A DNA stretch of 64,000 nt from Candidatus Cloacimonadales bacterium (GCA_963662655.2 CAXXTU010000002.1:1632001-1696000); one strand, 5' to 3'; numbered from the stretch's first letter, positions 29,773-40,028 are shown. The notes: a model not told the origin generated them from the letters alone. Program-made: numbers and translations.

Positions 29773-30210
29773 TCATTCAAGAATTTCAACAAGAAACTCC
29801 TTCACTCCCGCTCCGATCAAGCCAATCTGTTTAGCCGCGGCGTATGAAAGGTCCAGATCCCTTCCTTCCACATGCGGCCCGCGGTCATTCACCTTCACTT
29901 CTACCGATTTTCCTGTCGCTTCGTCGGTTACACGCAGCATGGTTCCAAAAGGCAAAGACAGGTGGGCGCAGGTCATTTTGTGCATATCGAAAACTTCCCC
30001 GCTGGCAGTAGGCCTGCCGTGGAATTTCGAACCATAGTACGAGCAGACCATGTGCATCGTCTTTCCGGGCGTTGCCTCCAGCTTGACTTTCGGCTTGAGA
30101 ATCTTCACCTTTTTCTGCGTTACAAACGTAGGATTCGCCGTACAGCCTGCCATCAGTAAAACGTACGCGACCGCCAACAGGATTGGCCGTAAGATAGCTC
30201 TTTTATTCAT
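29773..30210 (-). CDS. rlpA: septal ring lytic transglycosylase RlpA family lipoprotein
   Basis: Lipobox MAGC; SYYG.KFHGR.TASGE, AH.SLPFGT, VNDRGP, DLS.AAA. Confidence 0.92.
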   Translation of the reverse strand: MNKRAILRPILLAVAYVLLMAGCTANPTFVTQKKVKILKPKVKLEATPGKTMHMVCSYYGSKFHGRPTASGEVFDMHKMTCAHLSLPFGTMLRVTDEATGKSVEVKVNDRGPHVEGRDLDLSYAAAKQIGLIGAGVKEFLVEILE

Positions 30211-30916
30211 CAAAGTCATCGTGAAACACCAGCATTTGCGTGAAATCCGTGTAGTCCCTGAATGTCATGGAAGTTGCCTGTTTGAAGCGGTCGAGGATAT
30301 CGACCATCCTCTGCGTCGCGTCTTCAATCTTCTTCATATAATGCTCAACCTTCGGATCGTTCTCGTTGCACTGCTTCTGAACGTGGAGCTTGAACAGCTC
30401 GAGATTCCCTTTAACGATCATGAGCGGCTGGTTGATCTCGTGATTGGCCGTGACCGCCATCGCCAGGGCAGTGTTCTTCTTCTCGTTCATTATGTTACGA
30501 TCGTGTAATTCCTTCAAGCGGAGGTAGGAACGAACGCGCATCTTTACGATGTAGTCCTCGACGGGCTTGGTCAGGATGTCGTCCGCACCTGCATTGAGCA
30601 TCCGTTCCCGCTCCTCGTCGTTACTTCGATCGATTGCCGTAATGAAAATCACCGGACAGAAGCCTTCGCGAGCCTTGATTGACTTGCATGCTTCGTATCC
30701 GTCCATTACAGGCATTCTTACGTCCAATAATACGATATCGGGATTAAAAATGTCAAATTTTTTAACACCCTCTTCGCCATTGGCCGCCGTCTCGATCTCG
30801 TACTTCTCCTCTTCCTCCAGAATCGCCTGCATATACTGGCGATTGATCTTATCGTTCTCAACGATCAGTATCTTGTTCGGCTGATGGTTGTCTTCATTGT
30901 CAAATCTAATCTGCAC
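30203..30916 (-). CDS. response regulator (REC) with C-terminal HisKA-like helix pair and no ATPase domain
   Basis: ILIVE, LLDVRMP, FITA, KP; NHEINQPL H-box; protein ends about 60 aa later. Confidence 0.85.
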   Translation of the reverse strand: MQIRFDNEDNHQPNKILIVENDKINRQYMQAILEEEEKYEIETAANGEEGVKKFDIFNPDIVLLDVRMPVMDGYEACKSIKAREGFCPVIFITAIDRSNDEERERMLNAGADDILTKPVEDYIVKMRVRSYLRLKELHDRNIMNEKKNTALAMAVTANHEINQPLMIVKGNLELFKLHVQKQCNENDPKVEHYMKKIEDATQRMVDILDRFKQATSMTFRDYTDFTQMLVFHDDFDE

Positions 30917-30944
30917 GATATCCTCTCAATCAGCTTTCGTGAGT

Positions 30945-33185
30945 TTATTCCGTATTGCTCTCCATCAATTGCTGGCAAATGATCGCTGCGCTTATCATGG
31001 AAAAGCGCTTCGCATAACTCCCGACATTCACATAGCACACGATGGGGAAAGTCCACTCGAGCACCGCCAGCCGATAGGGCATCATATCTTCTTCGAAAAT
31101 CGTTACTTGCTTCGCGTAATTTCTCAAGCTGTAGATCACTTCCCACGCCTTCTTCAAACCGGGATCCTCGTCGTCGTTGCAGTACGGAAGCGGATCCCCC
31201 ATCCTTTGCTGTTTTTGCAGCTTGTATTCCAACCGCACAAGTCGCTCGAGATCCTCCTGTGATTCGAGATGCGTGAACTCCGTCTTCACAATGGGCTCCA
31301 GACGGGCGAAATCGGCAACAGCGTTTCGTATCCGGGTTTCTGAGAAATCGATAACGTAGATGTTCTCTTTTTCATCCAGCAGGATGTTCTGCATGTTCAG
31401 GTCGCCGTGGATCGGGCAGGTGTACCACTGGATCGTCTTAGCATGATCATATCGGTTCTTCAAATACCAGTATGGATTCACCAGCTTCTTCTGCAGTTCA
31501 GGAATAAAAATCTCCTTCTCGTCCGCGCTGATCCCAAATTGCTTTTCCGCCTCTTCGAAGATCGCCGTAAACATGCGTCGCGGATCGTGATCGCGATAGG
31601 GCTGAATCTCCTCCCAGCGCGGCTGACCGTACCAGGGTTTGAGTATTTTCGTAAACACCCTGTGCAAAATCTTGAGGCTCCTAACGATGTCGTCGTGACG
31701 GTAGATGTCGGTGAACATGCGCAACTGGCTTTCCGGCCCGTTGATCCCCAAAAAGTTGTATCGTAAGCCTGCCCAGTCTTCTTCGTAGTGTTCGCCCATA
31801 ATGGTGGTACTGTTGTTGTGGATGAACGGCTTCACAAACTTCGTGCAGCCAACCACCTCCGAGCGAGTGACTTCGGGAGAGCCCATCTTCAACACGGACG
31901 GCAGCAGCTTGCGGCCTTGTCTGTCGTAGCCCTCTACGCGATAGGTCTTCGAGGTGAAGCCTCCGGTGAGTCGCTTGAGCGAAACGCGGCTGCAACCCCG
32001 GTAGATTCTCCGGATGATCACCTCGTTACGTTGCTGCTGCTCCTCTTCCGATTCGTAAACGATTTGCAGACGCTTCTCGTCTGCGTTGCGGGTCTTCTTC
32101 GGGATAAAAACCCAGATACTCGCTTTGTTGACAGGCATTGACCGCGGCAAGGCGATCATATCGACGATGTTATCGAGCGTCAGGTTCCGTCGCAAACAGG
32201 ATGAAACCTCTTCCGATCCGTTGGTCGTGACTTCCCGCAGGAGAATTCCGTAGATTTGACTCGCCTGCAAACCGTTCTCAGCGTCAAATCTTGTCGCGAG
32301 AGGCGCATTCTTCGCTTTGATATCGATGAAGAAAACGCCGCCTGCCTGCAAGACCTTCTCTCTCGCAGCAAGCGACAACTCGGGCAATGCATTCTGATCA
32401 ATCGTGAAGACACCGGCGCATGCTATTCCTTCCTGCGCATCCGGTTCCATCTGCCCGATGTCGTTAAATATAGCTTCGATATTCCCGTGAAAATCCGGCG
32501 AGGTCTCGACGAAAAACGCGGGGGAGCCGCTTGCCTCGATCGCGCCATCGACCCACACATCCGTGTGTTCGGGATCGTTGGTCAGGATGTAATCGGCCGG
32601 GAGGCCTACCTGCTTCACACTGAACAACCCCGGGGCGGCGAGGAAAAAGCCGAGATTCAGATTCGCCTGTTGCTGGCTGTTCGCCAGCGAGCCAAGGCCC
32701 ATCGCGAACTTCAGCTCATTGAGCGTTATCTTCTCCGGCTGCCCCATGCTCTCTTCGTTCCACACGTCAAACCAGGATTCAGAGCTTGCGTCACGCACAA
32801 GGCGGTAGCTTCTGCCTTCCTTGTCGAAAAGTTCTTCTTTGCCGCACGTTCGGCAAAGCGCGTCCATTGCTTCGTCCAGTGTCACGTAAACCGGAAACTG
32901 GCTGGCGAATCCCGAGATTTCAAGAATCTTCATACAGGAGGCATCGACACCACACAAGGTTATTCCGCCTCCATTTTCCTTCATCGCACGTTCCGAAGTG
33001 AGAAGCGAGCGCAGTCCAGCGCTCGAAAGGAATTTCACCTGTGAGAAATCGAGTAACAGTGCGTTGTTCACAGACGCGAGCGGCAATATCTCTTCATCGA
33101 AAATCCCTGCGCCCAGGCTGTCGAAACGCCCCATCAAGCTTGCGACCAGTGTATCGCCAATTCGGTTGATAGCAATATTCAGCAT
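30945..33185 (-). CDS. STAS (anti-anti-sigma) domain fused to an APH/protein-kinase-like phosphotransferase domain
   Basis: N-terminal GRFD...LDFSQVKFLSSAGLR; C-terminal LTGGFTS, VLK, HGDLN..NIL, VIDF. Confidence 0.8.
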   Translation of the reverse strand: MLNIAINRIGDTLVASLMGRFDSLGAGIFDEEILPLASVNNALLLDFSQVKFLSSAGLRSLLTSERAMKENGGGITLCGVDASCMKILEISGFASQFPVYVTLDEAMDALCRTCGKEELFDKEGRSYRLVRDASSESWFDVWNEESMGQPEKITLNELKFAMGLGSLANSQQQANLNLGFFLAAPGLFSVKQVGLPADYILTNDPEHTDVWVDGAIEASGSPAFFVETSPDFHGNIEAIFNDIGQMEPDAQEGIACAGVFTIDQNALPELSLAAREKVLQAGGVFFIDIKAKNAPLATRFDAENGLQASQIYGILLREVTTNGSEEVSSCLRRNLTLDNIVDMIALPRSMPVNKASIWVFIPKKTRNADEKRLQIVYESEEEQQQRNEVIIRRIYRGCSRVSLKRLTGGFTSKTYRVEGYDRQGRKLLPSVLKMGSPEVTRSEVVGCTKFVKPFIHNNSTTIMGEHYEEDWAGLRYNFLGINGPESQLRMFTDIYRHDDIVRSLKILHRVFTKILKPWYGQPRWEEIQPYRDHDPRRMFTAIFEEAEKQFGISADEKEIFIPELQKKLVNPYWYLKNRYDHAKTIQWYTCPIHGDLNMQNILLDEKENIYVIDFSETRIRNAVADFARLEPIVKTEFTHLESQEDLERLVRLEYKLQKQQRMGDPLPYCNDDEDPGLKKAWEVIYSLRNYAKQVTIFEEDMMPYRLAVLEWTFPIVCYVNVGSYAKRFSMISAAIICQQLMESNTE

Positions 33186-33482
33186 GAGAAACCACCTTTA
33201 TCAATATTAGACTTTTCGGAATGCGGCACGCAAGTCCTACGTGAAATCAGAACAGATTCTGTATAAACATTATAATGCAAAATCAATGATATGAAAGCAC
33301 AAATGCACATATTGTCAAGCGTAGAACTCATGAGAAGATAACGATTTCCCGAATCGTTCAACAAATGAGTGTTCGAGCGGACAAAAAACGATCCAGTAGC
33401 TTCATTTTGTTGACAAAGTTAGAGAGCTTTTAAAGAGTGAGCGCATCGAACGTCTAATGTCGATGCTATGTAGGATGAAACT

Positions 33483-33869
33483 ATGAATACGCAAGTCAAG
33501 CTGTTTATGCTGATTGTTTTAGGGCTGATAAGCCTTTGGGACGCGTTTACATCGCTTTGGGTATGTCACATGATGGTGGAAGGGAATCCCGGGTACGCCC
33601 TGGGAGCAATTGTCGCCATCGTCTCGATGTTCATTCTCATGAGAACAAGCTCCATCGTTTTCGTCGGCATGGAGGATGTCCAGGGCTGTATGATGCTGCT
33701 CCTTTGGGCTGGAGCATTCCTGTTCGATATGTACTCGGCGTTTGTGGTCAACGAGATATACCTCATCAAACCACACGGCGAGACACATCTCTTCGTGGCA
33801 TTGGTTGCCGTAACCATTATCACCTCAATCGCTCCGGCAACCTTCTCCTTCATCAAAAAAGCGATCTGA
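33483..33869 (+). CDS. small integral membrane protein (about 4 TM)
   Basis: Four hydrophobic stretches; AGGA RBS. Confidence 0.7.
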   Translation: MNTQVKLFMLIVLGLISLWDAFTSLWVCHMMVEGNPGYALGAIVAIVSMFILMRTSSIVFVGMEDVQGCMMLLLWAGAFLFDMYSAFVVNEIYLIKPHGETHLFVALVAVTIITSIAPATFSFIKKAI

Positions 33870-33875
33870 TATCGC

Positions 33876-34913
33876 TCACGATTTTATCATCCGCTTAACG
33901 GCGTCCAGTTCCAGGATTTCGTCAAAGCGTTCGATTTTAGCATCGGCCTTTTCGAGCTCTCCATCGAGCCCGAAGCCATAGCTACATCCGACGGTATAAC
34001 AATCGCATTCATTTCCCGAGTCCACATCGATGTAGCGGTCGCCCACCATAATCTTCGCGCGGGGTGCGAAGCGATCTTGCATCTCGCGGATCATATCCGA
34101 TTTCGTTTTCCCCGCTCGCTCGCCCAGGCATAGGATCGCCTTGAAAAATCTTCCCAATTGGAAGCGCTTCACAACGGAGTAGAAATACTCCGCCGGGCTG
34201 TTACTTACCAGCGCGAGCGTTATCCCGTGGTTCATCAAACGAAACAGCGTCGTCTCCACCTCGGGGAACAGCTCTCCGGCTCCCTGAGAAAGCAAACCCC
34301 GTATGTTCTTCCGCACGAGATTTCGCAGATCGTTTTCCCTGTTCTTCGATCCTTCCGGAAGAAAATGGTTGTAGACCGATCCCATCCCAAGCCCAAGGCG
34401 AGGAATGAGCTCTTCGTAGGCCGGGACGTCCCGCTCGATGTTTTCCTCTCTGTAAATCTGTTCGAATCCCATTCGCATCGCGTCGTAGGTGAAGCCGTCC
34501 GAGCGCACCACCGTTCCGTCCATGTCGAACAGCATCAAGAGCGGAACATTTTTACGGCAAGCTGATTGCACGAGGTATTTCTCCGCTGCAAGGATATCGG
34601 ACCGGGCATCGGGGATATGGACTCTGCGGATGATCTGCCTGCGAATGTATTCCTCGATCCTGTCCTGCGGAATGCAGTCCATGATCTCGGAGCCGTCGTC
34701 TTCCAAACCGACGACGGCAATTGCTGTCTGAGGAAAACGCAGCTTGGTCATCACGAAGTAGATGCGGTTCTCGAAATACCTGCCAGGATGAAGCAGGATA
34801 ATGCTTCGATCCGTCAGGTAATCTTCTATGGTCTTGCGCGATTCGCATACAACCACGCTCCACGGGGGCTCCAGTGGAGAGTACTCGACATCCCAGGTAA
34901 GTATCTGTGCCAT
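33876..34913 (-). CDS. HAD family hydrolase with an N-terminal extension of about 125 aa
   Basis: FDMDGT, VSN, K, MVGDR..D, YGFG in the C-terminal two thirds. Confidence 0.82.
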   Translation of the reverse strand: MAQILTWDVEYSPLEPPWSVVVCESRKTIEDYLTDRSIILLHPGRYFENRIYFVMTKLRFPQTAIAVVGLEDDGSEIMDCIPQDRIEEYIRRQIIRRVHIPDARSDILAAEKYLVQSACRKNVPLLMLFDMDGTVVRSDGFTYDAMRMGFEQIYREENIERDVPAYEELIPRLGLGMGSVYNHFLPEGSKNRENDLRNLVRKNIRGLLSQGAGELFPEVETTLFRLMNHGITLALVSNSPAEYFYSVVKRFQLGRFFKAILCLGERAGKTKSDMIREMQDRFAPRAKIMVGDRYIDVDSGNECDCYTVGCSYGFGLDGELEKADAKIERFDEILELDAVKRMIKS

Positions 34914-34914
34914 A

Positions 34915-36576
34915 TCAGTACTTGAACACGCTGCCGAAAGTGAATTCTCTAAGGATCGAATTGGTGGGAACCTGGTTATCGGGAATATCCGCGAAGTGCT
35001 CCAGTATCCGCACCAGCCTTCTCGATTCGAGATAAACCGGAGAGTATTTTCCGACTCTCTTGAGCTGCGGTATGGCGTGTTTCTTGAGCACGCCCAGCTC
35101 GTACGTCAGAGAGCTGTTGAACATGACATCGGCGTTCTCCTGGAACGGGAAGATGTTCTGTTCTTCTCCCTCGCGGATCGAGAGCCAGCGCTTCAGCGTG
35201 TCTTCCGCGGAGTATCCACGGTACTTGCTGTCCCGCGTGATGCGCCGGATCTTGCGGCAGTCCGTTGTCGGGATTCGGTTGTGCTTGTCGATGTTCAACT
35301 GGTTCAGCGCGCTGATGTAGATTTTGAACTTGTTCTTCGCGTCGATGTGCGGAGTCAGTTCGTCGTTCAATCCGTGGATGCCTTCCAGCAGGAGAAGATC
35401 GTTCTTCCCGAGGGTTATTTTATGGTGGCTTCCGACGCGCTCACCCGTCTGGAAATCGTACTTGGGCAGCTCGACCTCTTCCCCGTCGAGAAGCTGCTTG
35501 AGATGCTGGTTCAGGAGTTCCACATCGATCGCCCGTACCGTCTCAAAATCGTACTCGCCATTCTCCTTGCGCGGGGTTTCGCTACGCGGAAGGAAGTAGT
35601 CGTCCATGCCAACCACGATGGGATTCAGCCCCACGACCCTCAACTGAACGGAAAGCCGCTTGGCAAAGGTTGTTTTCCCCGACGAGGAAGGCCCGGCGAT
35701 GAGGATGATCCGCGCGTCCGGTTTCTCACGGATCATATCCGCGATACGAACAATCTTCCGCTCGTGGAGCGCTTCTTCGACCTGGATCACATCCGTTATC
35801 TCGTATTTCCGTACATACCTGTTCAGGTCGTAAACGTTGTGCATGCGCAGTATGTTCAGCCATTTGTCGTGCTCCTGGTGAGCCGAGTAAAGCTGCCGCG
35901 GTATTTTGATCTGCGGCTTGATTTCCAGCTTGCCGCGATCCGGCAGGCGAAGGATCATCCCTGGGGAGTAGTAATCGATATCGAATACTCCAATCAAGCC
36001 GGTGCGATCGGCCAACTGGCGTATATAATAGTCGTGGTAACTTCCGCAGCGGAAAATGGAAATCGAGCTGTGCGGCCATGTTTTCAGGTTCTCCACGATG
36101 TCCTTGCGTCCCATCTTCGTGAAGATTTCGAGCGCTTTGGCAAGCTCGAACTTAGTCTTCTCGATCGTCAGATCGCGGTTGACGATGCGCTGCATCTCTT
36201 TCTTGAGCTTTTGCGCATCCTCTTCGCTGCATTCATGATCCCCGAAAACCTCGCAGTAGATGCCGTCCGATATCGAGTGCTCGACCACGAGCTCCGCCTT
36301 CTCACTGTAGAGGTTATGAAAAGCCTTCATCAGGATGAAGATGGCTGTGTCCTGGTAAAGCCGCATTCCGTCGAGCGAATCGTAGGTAATGCAATCCAAT
36401 TCCGTTGTCTTGTCGATCACGAAATCCTGGTTGACGTGCGTATTGTCCACCCTGTAAGCGAGGACATAACGTTCTTCGAGATCGCAGGACGCGATGATGT
36501 CGCGCACCTGAACGGGACCCTCGAACTCGACATTCTTGCAAAATTCACCATTTACTTTCAATCTTATTCTCAGCAA
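34915..36576 (-). CDS. uridine kinase-like nucleoside kinase with N-terminal ThrRS-like domains
   Basis: AGPSSSGKTT, DDYF, EGIHGLN, RRITRD..YRG, FNSSL.YEL; probable TTG start. Confidence 0.88.
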   Translation of the reverse strand: MLRIRLKVNGEFCKNVEFEGPVQVRDIIASCDLEERYVLAYRVDNTHVNQDFVIDKTTELDCITYDSLDGMRLYQDTAIFILMKAFHNLYSEKAELVVEHSISDGIYCEVFGDHECSEEDAQKLKKEMQRIVNRDLTIEKTKFELAKALEIFTKMGRKDIVENLKTWPHSSISIFRCGSYHDYYIRQLADRTGLIGVFDIDYYSPGMILRLPDRGKLEIKPQIKIPRQLYSAHQEHDKWLNILRMHNVYDLNRYVRKYEITDVIQVEEALHERKIVRIADMIREKPDARIILIAGPSSSGKTTFAKRLSVQLRVVGLNPIVVGMDDYFLPRSETPRKENGEYDFETVRAIDVELLNQHLKQLLDGEEVELPKYDFQTGERVGSHHKITLGKNDLLLLEGIHGLNDELTPHIDAKNKFKIYISALNQLNIDKHNRIPTTDCRKIRRITRDSKYRGYSAEDTLKRWLSIREGEEQNIFPFQENADVMFNSSLTYELGVLKKHAIPQLKRVGKYSPVYLESRRLVRILEHFADIPDNQVPTNSILREFTFGSVFKY

Positions 36577-36631
36577 AATTCCTCCATTCTATTCAATGCC
36601 CGTCCGTGACGTATCAATAATCATTCCACGT

Positions 36632-37030
36632 TTAAAGGTGGTAGTTCTCTTTCAGATGCTCCTTGCAGCACTTCTTGTATGCCTCGAGTTCATCCTGAAC
36701 CAACTCCAGACCCAGAACGAGTACCGCGAAATCGTCGAGGAATCCGAGTCCCGGTACCGTGTCCGCAATTCCATCCCTCGGATCGAGAAGGTACAAGAGA
36801 GAGTATGTGAGACCCGCGACCTTCTCCCAGGTGATTTCCTTGAAGATGCCCTCATGGTAGTCGCGCACCATGGAAATCGCAATTTTTATGTCCGGTTTCA
36901 GTTCATGCAGCTCTTCCACTTCTCCAACTTCATCGATGATGCCTTCCATATTATCCAGCATCCTCGCCACATTTTCCTTGCTAACTCCTTGCGATTGCTC
37001 GAGTAACCAAGCTTGATCGATCTGCTCCAT
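36632..37030 (-). CDS. YkvA/DUF1232 family protein
   Basis: LLYLLDP.D.I.D.VPGLGFLDD motif; GGAGG RBS. Confidence 0.85.
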   Translation of the reverse strand: MEQIDQAWLLEQSQGVSKENVARMLDNMEGIIDEVGEVEELHELKPDIKIAISMVRDYHEGIFKEITWEKVAGLTYSLLYLLDPRDGIADTVPGLGFLDDFAVLVLGLELVQDELEAYKKCCKEHLKENYHL

Positions 37031-37183
37031 AATACCTCCCTTGATTTGTGCTTACATCATGAATATAAAAAAAAGCACGCGGCTGTCAATTAATTTTGCT
37101 GGTTTGGGCCGGTTTGTGCATTATAGAGCGCTTGGATAAACTGAGGTCAATAACACTGAAACGAATGTAGAATTGGAGCTGAA

Positions 37184-37825
37184 ATGACCAAGACTGGAAA
37201 TGAACGGAACCTGAAGGCTGGAATGGAATATCTTTTCGCCGGTTTACTTGCTGCAAAAGCTGAAGTTGATGCTCTCACTGACGCACCTGTGAACGTTGAT
37301 GTTGTTTGTTGTTCTGCCACCCACTGCAGCGGCAAAAAAACTGAGCGAAACCTCAGTTTATCCTTTGACATTAGAGATTTTGATGCTATATTGTATCCAG
37401 AGAGTTTGAATGCATCATTTGTTTACAGTGACGCAATCAAGCGCTTTAGCACCTTGATAAGCGTAGATAATAGAGTGAATGCAACCATCGGTTACGATGT
37501 GTACCCTTTATTTACACATCGTTCCGTGTTGACGATATCACCTGCTTCCATCATTGCTGAGAACGAGCCCGGAATATTCAACTCAAACTCATCCTGTATT
37601 AATGAAAATTCAATTGATTGGAAGCAAGTCATTTCCCGGAAGCAACACACCGGTTATACCCTTGATTCCGACCAGATTCTCATTCGGGTTGAAAACGGTA
37701 ATTCTTTTACAAACGTGGATCACGATAGCCGCACGCACTTCATGCTTAGGAAGGTTGAAATAGAAACGGTACGTGTGTCCGCTTCCGGGGATTTTTATCC
37801 CGATTGTTTGAGAAAGGTTGGATAG
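37184..37825 (+). CDS. hypothetical protein in an AT-richer patch
   Basis: 213 aa ORF with GGAG RBS; no recognisable motif. Confidence 0.5.
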   Translation: MTKTGNERNLKAGMEYLFAGLLAAKAEVDALTDAPVNVDVVCCSATHCSGKKTERNLSLSFDIRDFDAILYPESLNASFVYSDAIKRFSTLISVDNRVNATIGYDVYPLFTHRSVLTISPASIIAENEPGIFNSNSSCINENSIDWKQVISRKQHTGYTLDSDQILIRVENGNSFTNVDHDSRTHFMLRKVEIETVRVSASGDFYPDCLRKVG

Positions 37826-38137
37826 CCATGATGAACTCGGCACGGAATCGAATGAGTCAATTGAAGTTGCAGAACGCTCGCTGCACCTTGCTCTGCATGG
37901 CCGTGCATCATTCTCCAGCGGAATTTTACCATGCAGTTGATGAAACATTAACTTGGAATTTTTCAAATCTGAAATACATTTTCACAAGCGCAGTGTCCCG
38001 GAGACATAATCTTAATTCTTTATATCAGAATGAACAACGACATCATGTTGTGAATGAGAATCTTTGCGAGAAAAATAACTCCTTACGTATGCCAAACGAA
38101 ACGCAATAAGATAACTGATTGATATAAAAGAACAAAA

Positions 38138-38166
38138 TTGACATGTCTCCGGGATTTTTCTATTGT
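38138..38166 (+). promoter_or_regulatory. sigma-70-type promoter
   Basis: TTGACA-17 nt-TATTGT ending 7 nt before ATG 38174. Confidence 0.55.
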
Positions 38167-38173
38167 TGATCCC

Positions 38174-38863
38174 ATGAAGAAGCTCTATATACTCTTGATG
38201 ATCATCATTTTCGCGATGTTAATCGCAGGATGCTCCGAGGACAGCACGAATCCGTCTGGCCAGCAAAGTTTCCAGGATGAGATCATCCCGCTTGCGGTCG
38301 GCAATCAATGGATATACTTGTATACCGATGAAACGACCGGCTTGCAGGACACGCTTTGCAAAGGCGTTTCAGGATCCGAGATGTTTGAATGCGAAGACCA
38401 TGAACTGCGTGAAGTTTTCCACTGGAACTGGTACAATCTGGATGAAGGCCACTACGAAGACCACAAATCGCTTTGCTACAACACGGAAGAGGGATTTCAC
38501 AAGGCCGGCGGGATCAGTTCAAGCGACTCGCTGTTTGCGGACTATCTAACGGTTAAGTACCCTGTCTCCGAAGGTGACAGCTGGATTTACACGGATATCG
38601 AGTACGATCCCGAGAACAGTCAATGGGTTTACACGGACACCCTGGAAGCCTTCTGCACGGCTGTCGATACGATGATTACCACCCCGGCAGGTTTCTTCAC
38701 GTGCATCGAGGTTACCCTGTGCCGGCTGGGAACAGAACCGGGAGGGCTCTTTGTCCAGAGATTCTACTATTCCCCTAACATCGGGTACATCGGATTCATC
38801 TTGTACAACAACGGAGTCATTCGATCGAAGCGGCTGTTGATGGACTATTCGATCAATGAATAA
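38174..38863 (+). CDS. lipoprotein
   Basis: MKKLYI..IAGC lipobox; PLAVGNQWIY, TPAGFF.C, YSPNIG. Confidence 0.8.
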   Translation: MKKLYILLMIIIFAMLIAGCSEDSTNPSGQQSFQDEIIPLAVGNQWIYLYTDETTGLQDTLCKGVSGSEMFECEDHELREVFHWNWYNLDEGHYEDHKSLCYNTEEGFHKAGGISSSDSLFADYLTVKYPVSEGDSWIYTDIEYDPENSQWVYTDTLEAFCTAVDTMITTPAGFFTCIEVTLCRLGTEPGGLFVQRFYYSPNIGYIGFILYNNGVIRSKRLLMDYSINE

Positions 38864-39143
38864 TCCTCAAACTGTAAAGCATGGGATCGATTGTAAAAAA
38901 AGGTTACACTCACGATCCATGATATCTATAATAGATTTCATCCCTTGATTCCCCATACCTCGGACAATGTCATGAGCCTCTCGTCGCCAAAGAATTAATG
39001 CTTTCTTCATTATGTAAAAAAAAAATCTTGATTTGCAAATCGCGGTAAATATTTTGTGTTCGATGTGCTTGAATCAGCGTCCAGACGAACCCCGTTCCAA
39101 GTCCGCCTGAGTCAAGCTGATGTAAGACAGGAGATTGAGAAAT

Positions 39144-39539
39144 ATGGCTGCCAAGACATTAAGCGATGAGAGATTGCAATATTACAAGTCCCTTCTCGAG
39201 CAGGAGAAATCGGACACCCTCGAAGTGATACGGGATATCGAGAGTTTTCAGAGGCGCGGAGCCAAGGAGAACTCGGGGAATCTCTCTTCTTATTCTCTGC
39301 ATCAGGCTGATTTAGGCTCGGATACCGAAAGCTCGGAGAAGGAAGTCTACCTTCTCGAAGAGGAGCAAACGAAGCTGCGTAAAATCAACGTTGCCTTGAA
39401 GCGCATCTATGAAAAGACATACGGAATTTGCGAAATGTGCGGAGAAGAGATCGGCGACAAACGCCTGAAAATCGTTCCCTACGCCTATCTCTGTATCGAT
39501 TGTCGCTCGCAGGAAGAAAAATCACGAAAAAGACGTTGA
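39144..39539 (+). CDS. TraR/DksA C4-type zinc finger protein
   Basis: H.AD.G.D coiled-coil tip, AL.RI...YG.CE.CG.EI...RL..VP....CI.C; AGGAG RBS. Confidence 0.92.
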   Translation: MAAKTLSDERLQYYKSLLEQEKSDTLEVIRDIESFQRRGAKENSGNLSSYSLHQADLGSDTESSEKEVYLLEEEQTKLRKINVALKRIYEKTYGICEMCGEEIGDKRLKIVPYAYLCIDCRSQEEKSRKRR

Positions 39540-39660
39540 CGATTTGACAGAATAGAATTACTTTTATAGTGGAAGAGTTTTTTTACGATTTCGAATAGCA
39601 TACTTGCCCGGATTGAACCGAATATCTCACTGGAAATTTAATTTACAAGGAGCCTGGCGG

Positions 39661-39969
39661 ATGAAGCCATTGAAGAATTACCACAAGAGCAGGCCACTGT
39701 GTAGTGTGACCTTCCATCTTCCCTGGCAGGCTGCTAAAGATGCGAAGCGAGTGCATATTGTCGGTGAATTCAACAACTGGGAAGAGAATTCACTGCCCAT
39801 GAATCGCGACTCGAACGGCGACTGGAGCATCACGCTGGATTTGGAGACAGGGAAAGAGTATCAGTATCGTTTTCTGATCAATGATAAAACATGGGAAAAC
39901 GATTGGGATGCAGATGGATATGTTCCTTCCCCGATCGGAGGATGCTACAACTCCGTTGTCGTAATCTGA
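39661..39969 (+). CDS. isoamylase early-set/CBM48-like glycogen-binding protein
   Basis: VTF.LP, IVGEFNNW, EYQYRFLI, WENDW.AD.Y, NSV; AAGGAG RBS. Confidence 0.87.
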   Translation: MKPLKNYHKSRPLCSVTFHLPWQAAKDAKRVHIVGEFNNWEENSLPMNRDSNGDWSITLDLETGKEYQYRFLINDKTWENDWDADGYVPSPIGGCYNSVVVI

Positions 39970-39993
39970 TTTATTGCTTGCCGGATAGATTTT

Positions 39994-40020
39994 AAGCGGA
40001 CGTCAAAGTCCGCTTTCTTT
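39994..40020 (+). terminator. intrinsic terminator
   Basis: AAGCGGAC/GTCCGCTT stem plus T-rich tail between convergent genes. Confidence 0.7.
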
Positions 40021-40028
40021 ATTACCTT

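Noticed and set aside
34828..36609. 593 aa + strand ORF and other long antisense ORFs (e.g. 28787-30037, 43756-44796, 52560-53624, 22998-24029)
   Set aside because: They shadow well-supported genes on the opposite strand, an expected result of codon bias, and carry no protein motifs.
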